DNA from: Vicugna vicugna
Taxonomy: Eukaryota
Assembly: GCA_013265495.1 (NCBI GenBank)
Contig: MU058418.1
Span: 1,824,917-1,888,916, forward strand
Length of the DNA: 64,000 nucleotides
Direction: 5' to 3'
Shown: positions 29,201-41,200 of the stretch, piece by piece
How positions within the stretch are numbered: the stretch's first letter is position 1
How the letters are laid out: every line of letters begins with the position of its first letter
Program-made: the position numbers and the translations under genes
The notes under the pieces: generated by a model
Told to the model about the DNA's origin: nothing
Database searches by the model: none
What the model saw: only the letters and a program-made list of their open reading frames with translations

Positions 29201-32200
29201 GACCGGCCTGGGCCCGGTGGCGGGGACCCTGTCCTGGCGAGAGGGACCTACTTGTCCTTTCTGTATCTGCGCCACCTGCGGATCAGGGAGCTGCAGGTAT
29301 GAGGATGGCCCAGCACAAACCTGAATTGTTTGGTTGTCTGAAAGGGGGTCTTTCCTGAGACTCCAGCAGTGATGCATTTTCACACTTTGCTCTTTGTGTT
29401 GATTTTCCCTTGAAGGCAGACCTTCTGGAGGTGCTGTGCTTCCTTCCCAGCAGTGGAGCTGACCTGCAGCCTCTGGAGCCCCCGTAATTTTTACTCTGTG
29501 TGGTGGATTAGCAAAGGGCTGGGTCTTGACCCTGTTCTTTCTTTGTTTCAGCGCATCTGCTTAGGAATTCTGAACTATTTCAGATCCATTGAGCGAACAC
29601 TGACAATCAACACTTCAGGCCTTACCTTGGTTGCAGGGAGCCAGGTCCCCACCACAGAAGATAGTTCCTGGGTAAATACGGTGAAAGGAGGCATGGGTAC
29701 CTCACAAGGCCTAGGCGCTCACCACTATGTCCATGGGACATCTGCCGAGCACAAGGTGAGGATTCTGCTATGGTTTCTTTCTTCCTTTGATTCTCCTGTC
29801 TTCCAAGCCACCTTCGTCTCAGCGCCTGGAATCAGTTAACATGATGAAGTAACAGGTGGGAGTTTCTAGGGAAATAGGTTTTTTGAAACATTGTGGTGAA
29901 AAGGGAAATGGCTTCTAAACCACAATAAAATGCAGAGTCCACTTGAGAGCAGGACACAGGCAGCAAGTACTCGGCCCTGGAGGCCACAGCAGGAAGGAAG
30001 GCGTTTCAGCTGCGGGTTTGTGGACTTTATAGTCAACAGAGCAGGAGGGGCCCTTTCTGTTATCCTGAGAACCACATGTCCTTACAGAAACCCTCCTTGA
30101 CATTGCTAGCGGTACTTTTTTGCCTCTTTCCTGTTTTTTCAAGCCCCAAATGTAAAAACAGATTAAAAAACAAAGGTAGAAAAAATTTTGATAAAGCTGA
30201 ACATAAAAACCCCTCCTTCCAAAACCCTGCTTGTCCCTTGATCTTTTATTATCTCTTTAATACTTCTTTCTACAGTCTACAAAACTCGTATTAAATTCCT
30301 CTCTTTGGGAATAAAGTTGAAAATGCATATATTTTCTTGGAATATTGTAGACACTCTTGTTGTATTTTCATCTTAACTCTAGAAAGTTCATTCCTGAAGG
30401 TAGGATTTAATATGAATTTTATCTTCTTAAAAAATGCGTTAGTTGACAAATGTTGAAAAATAAAATCTACTTAGCTACCAAATAAGTTATATTTTAAGCT
30501 TGTATCACTCCTGACTTATGACTGTCATTTCATAAAGGTATGAAATCTTACTATTAACTGTCGCTAATGTGCAGTGTAGAGTAGTGCTGTCCAAGAGAAA
30601 TCTAACACAAGCCACCTACATAACTTAAGATTTTCTAGTAGCCACATTTGAAAAAGTATAAAGAAATGTGAAATTAATTTCAATAATGCAATTTATTTAA
30701 CCCAATGTATCCAAAATTGTCGGAGCCAGCCGACAATCGATCAGGTCCAGAAACCTGTGCTGCAGGACTGAGAAAAGGAAAGACGTAAGACAAGTTGGGG
30801 TTGAGAGGGTCTCACTCTAGCCCACAAGACGCTAGGTCAAGAGTGGACGACGAGTTTATTTCAGGTGGTTCTTTTATATGATTTTAACCCATTAGCTCAT
30901 ACATTCCTGCACGTAGGCAATAAAGCCTAACCTCGTGACTCGTATACATTCAACTCAGGTGATACATTCAACTCAGGTGATTGTTCTCTAAAAGGATCAC
31001 TGATTTGTGTGCCAATTGTATCTCTCCCTCCGAAGGTCTTTTGTGACTTAATAGCTCAGGATGTTTCCTCAGGCATTAGCGCACCTGGTGCATTCTTTAG
31101 TAAAAGAGGTGGCGGGACAGAGATTGTTCTAACTCAATTGACCTTTGAGCCGGGTGCCCCGCACTGTGGGAGTTTAGGCCCAACCTTTGTGCTCGGCAGC
31201 CTCAATCTCAGAGCCTGGCGCCCTGCACTTTGGGGTTTTACGCCCAAGTTTTGTGCTCGGCAGCCCTCCGTCACGAGCGGCTCCCCGCACAAAATATCAT
31301 GTAATCAATACAAAGAAATCATTGGTAAGATAGTGTACATTTTTTCATACTAAATCTTCAAAATCTAATATGTAGCTTATATGTATAGCACGTCTCAACT
31401 CAGACAAGCCACACTTCAAGTGCTCAATAGCCACATGTGATTAGAGGCTACTGCGTTGAACAGTTCAGCTCTAGATATTGAAAAACATTTTCTTGTTTTT
31501 CCTACCTAGTCTCCTAGAATCCAACTTTCACTGAGTATCAGGGAGACTCTCTTTTTGGTCTCGTTCCCTAGCAAGTACCCACTCCCATCTCTTTAGTGTA
31601 CACAGACTCCCCTTTTACCCCTCTGCCCCTCTCCCATGGTCCTAGCTCATAGTTAGTCAAGTCCAGTTAGTATGCCCCTCAGTGAAGCTGGACAGGAGGG
31701 CTAGGGCACTTTCGAAACAAGCACACCTAGGAAACAAACTCATCTTTCTCTTGCTAATATCCTGCTTTCTCATATCACAGCTGTAGTGTGTTATTTGCTA
31801 ATGGATTAAAGAAAGATCTTTCTTACCACTGAGCCCCTCTCCCAGTTTGCTTGTCCTGGATTGGAGGTGGGGTGAAGTGGGAGGAAGAGAATGAATGAAG
31901 GAGGAGAGGGGGGACAAATCCTATCCTGCCCCATTGATCATAAGAAGAGATTTCAAGGGTAATGCAGCATTTCTTTCCCGTGCTCTCATAAATGACAGGA
32001 ATAACTGCATCCTTAGAAGCTGCCAGCAGCTACTACTTTAGTGTGAGAAACTTAAGGAAGTGGCCTTCCTTCAGAGACTTTAAAATAGGACCATGTGGTT
32101 TAGCTGTACTCCCTGTATGTGGCCTTGTCAGGATTTAATCTAGAAAGTCCATCCTGTGTATGGGATGGAAGGCACAGATGATTTCTTGGGCTGATCCCAC

Positions 32201-35200
32201 CAGGCCCAGGGCTGAGGCTACTGGGAGCAAGATCACTGGGCTCACCAGCCTGGGGAGCTGACATTGAAGAAGGCTCTAAGGTGGAGACCCCTTCCCTAGG
32301 CCGAGTGTGTTTGATCACAAGGAAAATCTTGGGCTAGTATTAACACACGTTTGCCCAGTGACAATACCAGTAAGGGAAGCACCTACAGCCTATCACAGAC
32401 ACTCTGCCATGTACTTGAGGCACATGGCAGAGTAGAAAGAGCCCCAGAATGAGAGACAGTAGGCTTCTCCTGGCTGTTGGAGTTTGAGCGTGTCTCCTCA
32501 GGCACACAGGCCTGACATCTCATGGCGTGTTCAGGATCGGCCTGGACTTGACATGCTAGTAGCAGAGGCTGTTGTGAGCAAGCAGTGGAGATGAGGCTGC
32601 AGAAAAAAAGCGGGCCAGACCGTGAAAGCAGAGGCTCTCCTCAGGATGTGGGACTAACTGCAAGGTTGGAGAGGAACAGAGAATTCTAAGTAAGACAATG
32701 GCACTCCTCATTGCTTTGTAAATTTCTCAGGACCTTTGCCCAGATGTAATCACATTTATTCCCTTGCTTGAGGTCTTCAGGAATTTCCTGTTTTTCAGGA
32801 GATAAAGTCCAAGCTCCTTGGTAAAGTTTACAAGGCTGGGCACAAGCTGGCTGCTGTCAGCCTCCCAGAACTCATTTCCCTCCACTGCCCCTGTACCTTC
32901 ATTCTCATGGTGCTGGGCCTGGTCCTCCTCTGAATGAGCAGAGCTGTTCACACCTCAGGGTCTTGTTCACAATGGCCCTTCTGTCCCTCACCTCCTCTAT
33001 TCAAGTTTTCATTCAAATATTACCTCTCCGAGAAGTCTTTCTTATATCTCTGGGCAGAGCACTCAGCTCTGCCCAGAGATATAAAGTGCTTCTCCCTGTG
33101 ACCTGTCTGTCTCCACCACAGCACTCAGCTCACTCCATGCTAGACTGTTGGCTTATCTACTCCCACACGCTGTGAGCCTGTCATTCATTCGTTCATTCTC
33201 TCATTCATTCATCCCACCAATGTTCTGACGCTGGGGGTATATACTAAGCACTGTGAATACAGCAGTAACAAAACTGTCACAAATCCCTGCTATCATGGGA
33301 CTATTCAGTGGAAAGAGACAGACAGTAAATAAATAAATAACAAATATAGAATGGGACATGGTTTGGCACCAAAGCTGCCCCAGATGTCGTAGGCCCTTGC
33401 AGCTGGGAGGTGTCAGTGGGCTCTGAGCAGGAATGACGTGTCACTTCTAGTCCAAAGTACATAAGAGCTGGTCCATAACCCTCCAGCTCTCTTCCCCTGC
33501 TGCAGCCAGTGGAAGGCACATGTTAAGCCACAAAGTAGAAACATCCTGGATTCCTTGGTCACTGCTAGAAGAGGCCTAGAAATCAACTAGCCCTGCAGTG
33601 GGCTCTGCCTGAGTGAGAAAATAATTTTAAGGGTAGGCTATGGAGTTTGAGGTTGTTTATCACAGAATAACCTAGCCCTTTTGGACAAGTAAAGATGGCG
33701 ATAAACACTATGGATCAAAATTTAGAAGGAAAGGGCGATAGAGAGTTGGTGATAGGATATTGCAGGTATAAGTGGGGTGATCGGGGAAGGTGTTCCTGAG
33801 AAGGTTCTATCTGAGTAAAGACCTGAAGGAAATCAGGAAGCAAACGACATGACTGACCGGAAGAAGAGTGCCAGGCAGAGGGGAGAGCCAGTGCAAAGGC
33901 CCTGAGGCAGAACCCTGTGTAGCAATGTTGCAGGAACAGCAAGGGGTTCAGTGCAGCTAGAATGAATGAGGGGGAACTTGTCAGGAAATGAGTTTAAAGA
34001 GACTGGAGAGTGGGGAGCCAGTTCTGTAGGGCCTTGTGGATCATTTTGAGGACTTTGAGTGATAAGGGGAGCCCTGGGAGAGTTTTGAGCAGGAGAGTGA
34101 TGTGATTTGACTTCCATTTTTACATTTATGCTGCTGTGTTAAGAATGGACTGAAGGGCTGAGCAGAGGTTAGTTGGGAGGCTATTACACTGATCAAACTA
34201 GAGACAGTGTGTCTGAAAAGATAGCATGATTAGAAATGGTCAGGTTCTAGATATGTATTTTGAAGGTACAGCCAGTATGATTTCCAGGCAGTTAGGATGT
34301 GGAATGTGAGAGAGAGGGGCTGGGGGGAAGTCAAGGTTGATTCCAAAGTTTGGGCCTGAGCATCTGAAGTTTAGAGTTGCCATCATCTAAGATGTGGTTG
34401 GAGCAGGTTTGTTGGGAAGATCAGGATCTTGGTTAAGGGCATGGACATTTTGACATGATTACTAGATGTTCAGATGCCAAAAGGAAGCAGCGAGTTGGAT
34501 ATATATCTTTCAAGTAGTAGGTACCTAATAAATGTTTACTGGACAAAAGAAAGGCTCTGTCCATAGAAGAATGTGAGATCACAAAAAGACAATATACATG
34601 AAAGTGTTGTGAAAAGTATATCATGCTTTTCAAAAGCAGAAAAATAGGTATGATAAAGCATTATACTCTGCAGGTGAGGCAGAGACTAAAAGATTTTTAT
34701 TTTTTTTTCAAAGATTTAAAAGATTATAACCAGTAGATCGAATCATTCACCAATAAAGTTTGACGAATTCTTAGACTGGGCTATTATTATTTGAAATTAA
34801 TGCAAAGATGATTTAACAAAAGGCAAGATAGTCAGAGAAGTATTGTCTACATTGCTAAGAGGCTTAAAATTTTTATTAAAAAGTGATGGCAGAAACCAAT
34901 AGAGTGAAAAGAATTAATGATAGGCCACCAATTTTCCTATAGTTGCTGTACTAAAATAGTTACCCTGGCATCAGTTAATTTGCAGACTTAAAAACATATG
35001 AATCATCTCAAAGATCAGATTATATCTTAGCCAAACAGGTAATTATTTCCTTCCTTTTCCTGCCAATCCTGCAAGAATAATATTGAAGGATCAACTCTCT
35101 ACACCACAAAAATGTTAGAAGGAAGGACTTCCACATGGCTGTGGAAGAAATTAAAATGAAAAGGAAATATTATAACCCTGCATGAGGTAATTTGGCCATC

Positions 35201-38200
35201 TGGTCTTCAAAGTTCATCTCCCATGGACAGAAGCATACATTTCAGACACAGAAACTCAGGGAGAGAAGGGGAAGTCATATGTCTGGCTATATAAAGGGCT
35301 CAAACAATGAGGTGAGCGTGGTGAAAGTGGAAAAAAAAAGACCATTTAAATAGACAATGGCATTACAGTCGGTGTCTTGACACTGTTATTGCTTTCCGTC
35401 AGCACCAGAACTTAATCCAGTAGCCATTTCTTTAAAGTCTTATAAAATTCCCCTGTACAAGAACACTGGGAAAGAAAGGTCTTTTCCAGTAAAGTGGCTA
35501 AAGCATATCACATTAAGTTGTCCCTTTCTACCTCAGAGGAGAGCTCATTTTGCATAACAGGTCACAGGAGCTAAATGCCAACAGAAGCCAACATGCTTGT
35601 TTATAAATCTAAGCAAGCTGTTTAACTTTTGTATATGTGACATCTCATTTTCTTAGCATCTTTTCTGTTCTCTAATGGTGCCTATCATTTCATTAAAAAA
35701 TAATACATTCACTTTTGGAACTCCTAGTCAAATTATTGAAAAGTTTTATATCTAAGGAATAGTAGAAAGCAAAGTAAACCAAAGCAACCACTGACTAGAG
35801 AAATGTTTAACTATGAAATATCCTTCTGATGGAAGATTCTGAACCCTAGCTATTATTTAGAAATGCTCATAGTTTTACTTATTAGAAGATTTCAAAGTTC
35901 CTGCTTGAATCATTAAGAATTTATAATTGAATGAGCAGTTCATTAAAGAGGAGTCTTCAGGGAGATTAAGTATTTCATCATCTGCTGTACTTATAACAGT
36001 ACATAAAAATGAATTATAGAGCCAGAGAATTGAAAGGACCCACAGAGTACTGCCCCTCTACCTTTCCAATATTTACAGTTAACCATCCAAGTAGATGATT
36101 ATCTGCCCTGTTTGTGAAGGTTCCAGAGGGCTTCCTGTTATACAATAGGCAATGCCACATACACAAACCAATTGACAAGTCTACTGAGAGCCAGGATATA
36201 ATGATTGCTTAAAATTTATAGATAAATGGCTTCTATCCAAGAACTGATTACTTAACTTAGCAAAGTTTTTATGTTACAATGATGAATAGATGGAGGATAA
36301 ATGATTGGGAGCCATTGATTCCATAGTTTAAATGACTCACAAATATAACAACTAAGAAAATCAGACTTTTATTCTTTAAAAATATCACATATATGAAATA
36401 CATGTGTGTGTATATATATATATATATGTATATATATTTATATGAAATAACTAATGTTAGTGAGGATGTGGAGAAATTGTATATTCTTTGCCTAGTTAAA
36501 GCCCCTTCATCTTCCAACCCCAGTTCAGTCATCACTTTTGCAAGGAACTCTTGTGTACTATACTGTACTCTTGTATACTCTTGATGGGAATGTAAAATGG
36601 TGCAGCTGCTTATGTAAAACAATATGGTGGGTCCTCAAAAATTAAAAATAGAATTTTCATATGATCCAGCAATTCTACTTCTGGGTATATACCCAAAAGA
36701 ATTGAAAGCAGGGATTCTAAGAGATACTTGTATGCATATATTCATAACAGCATTATTCACAATAGCTAAAAGGTGGAAGCAACTCAAGTATCCACTGATG
36801 GATGGACAAATATGATATATACATACAGTGATACATTATTCAGCCCTAAAAAGGAAGGAAAAACTCAGACACATGCTACAACATGCATGAACCTTCAAGA
36901 CATTCTGCTAAGTGAAATAAGCTAGCACAAATGGACAAATACTGTATGATTCCACATATATGAATTGCTGGAGTAGTCAAAATCATTTGGACAATAAGTA
37001 GAGTGGTGGTAGCCAGGGGTTGGGGAAGGGTATGGAGAGTTGTTGTTTAATGGGACAGAGGTTCACTTTTGCAAGATGAAAAGTGTTCTGGATGGATGAA
37101 GGTGATGCTTGCACAACAGTGTGAATGAACTTAATGCCACTGATCTGTATACTTAACAATGGCTAAGACATAAATATTATGTGTATTTTATCATTTAAAA
37201 TATATAAATTTGTATTTTATATAATATGAAAAACTAGGCCAATGTTTCTTAACCTTTTTTTTCATTATTGCTCCTCACACAAGGACTTTTTTTAGACTTT
37301 TTCCCCTAATCTCATCCCCAAAGAAATGTAATACTAGTGATATGCCATGTATCTGTTTATGTACAATCTGTATATTTGTGCTTTATACATAAAAAGAGTA
37401 AGGTTTTTTTGCCCTCCAAGAAATACTTTTTAACCTAGACATTATCACCCACATTGAGAATGCATTTATTAGGCTGAATGACATGAGAATCCATGAGGGC
37501 AAAACACAGGATTTCTGACTGGTATATATTAAAGGTATAAGTAAGGATCATAAAATCATAGCATAAAAGAAATCTATGTCCAAAAATCTGAAACAATTGA
37601 TTTTATTTTTTTCTAAGCACTTAGGACACAATAATAAACAAAAACAGACATATTCCTTACCCTAGAAGTACTTATAAATCCAATGAGTGAAACAAATATT
37701 GATCAATAATTACACAATAAATATAAAACAGTTACTTCAATAAGTACCTCAAAAGAGTGATACTTGGTGCCATAGGGAGGCCAAGGGGGAGTTCCCTGCA
37801 AAAGTGGTGATTGAGCTGAGGTTGGAAGATGAAGGGTGGAGGGAGACCTTTCCACTGAAGGGAATAGACTCTGTGCAAAGGACCTGTGGCCAGGGAGAAC
37901 ATGACACCCACAAGAAATCAAAAGAAGACATGAGTTGGCGGGACACAGTGATCCAGGTGGAAAGTGATACGAAATGAAACCATCCCAAGGTTTCTCAACC
38001 TTGGCACTATTGGGGATGTGGATAGACCAATTAAGAGGCTAGACCAGTTTAGAAGCTCCTAAACTAGTTCTAGTGCATGGTAATAACAGCTTGGACTACA
38101 GTGGTGGGTGGAAATGCAGGCAAGTGGGTGGATTTGAGAGATAGGAAGTAAAATCAACAAGACTTGGTGATAGACTGGATGTGTAGGCTGAGTCAGAAAG

Positions 38201-41200
38201 AGATGTCAGGAATGATTCATGCTAGAGGAAGTGGATGGGTGGTGGTGCTATTTACTAAAATGGGGCAGCTGGAGGTGGCCTGGGTTTGTGGGGAAAGATC
38301 ACGTGATTTGAGCATGTTAAATCTGAGGGGCCTTTGAGATGCCCAGGAACAGATGCTAAATGGGTCTAAAGCTCTAGAAAATCTGGATTGGAGATATAAA
38401 TTGGGGAGCAAACAGCTTTAAAGAGGGTAATCTCAGCTGTGCAATTGTACTATCTCCTAAGAAAGGATTATAGGAGGGAAAGATGAGGTTCTAGGACCGG
38501 GGATTTAGTGAGGCCACCATGTACTGATCTGATAGAGAAGAAAGGGCTGGAAAGTTGGTGAGAACAAGGAGAATATGGAGTTCTGAAAGACCAGGGCAGA
38601 GTGTGAGTCAGGAAGCCGGGAGTGCTACACTGTCAGATGCTCCTGAGAGGTTGTGTAAAATGACTCAACACAGTCTGCTGGAAGTGGAGCAAGGACTGTT
38701 GGTCTTAGTGAAAGCGGTTGGGGTGGCTGGATGGAGACAGAAGCCCGATGGGAATGGGCGAGAAGCAGGTGGTGAGGAGATGCAGACAGTGAGTACAGAG
38801 AACATCTGAGGAAGATGGACTGTGAGGAGGAGAGACAATGTGGAGCCTGGGGAAGGGTGTGAGGATATCTTAAAGTGAGCGGCTGTGAGATGTTTCAGTG
38901 TCAACTGGGAAATCTCTGGATGAGATGAGTTGAATGTCCAAGGAGAGGATATGCTTCAGAGTGGGAGGGAATGGCTTTTAGAGAAGGGGAGTGGAATCAG
39001 CCCCTACAGTTCTGAGGAGGCAGGAGAGGAGGGGCAGCAGTGGTGTTTGTGTGTGAGTGGGGAAATGGAAGGGCTTCTGTGGAGACTGAGGGAGGCTGGG
39101 CACTGGGGCCGGGGAGAGGAGAAGTGAATTCAGAGGCTTGAGAGGGTGGAGAAGTTTGAAATTCTGAGAATTATTACTAGAATAATGACTCTTGGGAAGC
39201 AATAGGTCCTCAGTCATCCAAAAAGTAAAATAAAATTATGGTTGGAATATGCAAATTACTTGTACTAGTTTCCTGGGGCTGCCACAACAAAGCTCCACAA
39301 AGAGAGTGGCTCACAACCACTGGGAAAGAAATTTATTCTCTGACAGTTCTCGAGACAACAAATCCAAACTCAGGGTGTCAGCCGGGCTGTGCCCTCTGAA
39401 TGCTCCAGAGGAAGATCCTTCCTAGCTTCTTCTAGCTTCTGGTAGTTGCCAGCAATCCTTGGTGTTCCGTGGCTTATAGATGCATCACTCCAGTCTCTGC
39501 CTCTGCCTTCATGTGCCCTTTTCCCCTTTGTATTTGTCTCCAAATTTTCCTCTTTTTATAAGAACACCAGTCATTAGATTAGGACCCACCTTAATCCAGT
39601 ATGACCTCAGCTTGTGTATATCTGCAAAGGTTCTGTTTCCAAATAAGGGCATCTTCACAGGTTTCAGGTGGACGTGAATTTGGGGGGGACACACTATTCA
39701 ACCCAGAGTATTACTAAGACTTGACATTGTGTTAATGCACTTTAGAAGTATTTATAAGATTAAAACAAAAATATCTTTAACAGCTAATGTTTCTAGATCT
39801 CAAGGGCCTCATATGCAGTGTTAGGGTGTCTTCACTGCCCCCATGTTACAGATAAGGAATTGGAAACTACAAATCCCTACAACTGTTAGGGTGTCTTCAC
39901 TGCCCCCATGTTACAGATAAGGAATTGGAAACTACAAATCTCTGTGTAACTTGCCCAAGTTGAGATCCTGGCAGAGGCTGGATCTGAACACAGGCACTCT
40001 GACTTCAGAGATCACTTTTACACTTGGCTCTATTGCCCACATTTATCCAGATAATCCTGAGTTAATCAGAAAACCTTAATCAGCTGGTTATCTACCTCAG
40101 GAACTACCCTTCCCTGCCGACATTCTTTGCTAATATCTTTTTCTCTACATATAGATAGCTCTTTATACAGTCATCATGTCTACAGCTCCATGCTGACAGC
40201 CCACTATGTGGGAGCAGAAGTCTGCTGTTCGGTCCATTTGGGCTAACAAATAGATCTCTCCCTCTTCCGGTAACTTCCAGGCTTGGCTTTCTTTCACCAG
40301 GCTCAGAGTGTCCAGTTCATGGAGTTTTCAGAAGTAGAGAACCAGGATGACTACTACTGCATGGTTGCTGGCTGCATTCACACCCAGGACCAGCAAGGAG
40401 TGTATGTCGTGTATGATGAAGCCCTGAGTGATCTGAAGGAACTAGAGACAGAGCTGCTGCTGCTGGCCAGCCATTACATTGAGAAAGAAAAAGGTCAGAA
40501 GTGAGGTTTTTAAAAATCAACCAGCCAAACAAACAAAAAACACTAAGGGCTCTATTTAACACCTCCCACCTCAAAATATAAATGCATATCCCAAAGTATC
40601 TGAGAATTCACTAAGCACATACATACACCTCCTCAGTACACACCACTTTAGAAAAAGGTTTGTTTCCAGCTCAAGTCCCTCATTTTTTGGAGACTGTGAC
40701 TTGATTACAGTTCTTACTGTTGTTTAGACTTGTTGCCCATTAGCATTCCTGCTTCACCACTGAGTGCAGGGCCCTCAGGGACAGAAAGTAAGCAAGTGAA
40801 ATTAATGATCAAAGTGACAAAAACAGTGATTGACCTTGGGGAAACTGCAGTTAGAAGTATAGATATTCCTGAGTTCCTAACAGAAAACCACCAGGATGCA
40901 AGAAGACACCTGGCTAGGAAAATAGCAGACAAGTCCCAGAGGGAGAAATCATTACTCAGGGCAATCAAATAACCCATAACCTGTATCCTCCCTTCCTTTG
41001 GGCATCACTAACATTTATCCAATTTTAGAAATAGGTGAGGTAAGAATATTCCTTTAGGAATAATATGATAGCATTCGCATTGCATTGGAAAGAACTTAAG
41101 AGTTTCTAAACACATTGCAACACCTGAAGGAAAATTTAGCAAGGGTTTGTGCTATTTTGTAACATATGAAGACTTTAATTAAGGATAATTCATGTTCATA

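Noticed and set aside
29140..29300. CpG-rich patch considered as a CpG-island promoter
   Set aside because: Only about 160 bp and coincident with coding exon 12
31009..31353. 114-aa ORF in the LTR, considered as a possible sag-like U3 gene
   Set aside because: It lies on the strand opposite to LTR transcription, has a non-ATG start, runs out into the MER33 flank and has no recognisable motif
39819..39940. Repeat-spacer-repeat pattern resembling CRISPR
   Set aside because: Only two copies, an 8-bp spacer, MIR-derived, and in a mammalian genome
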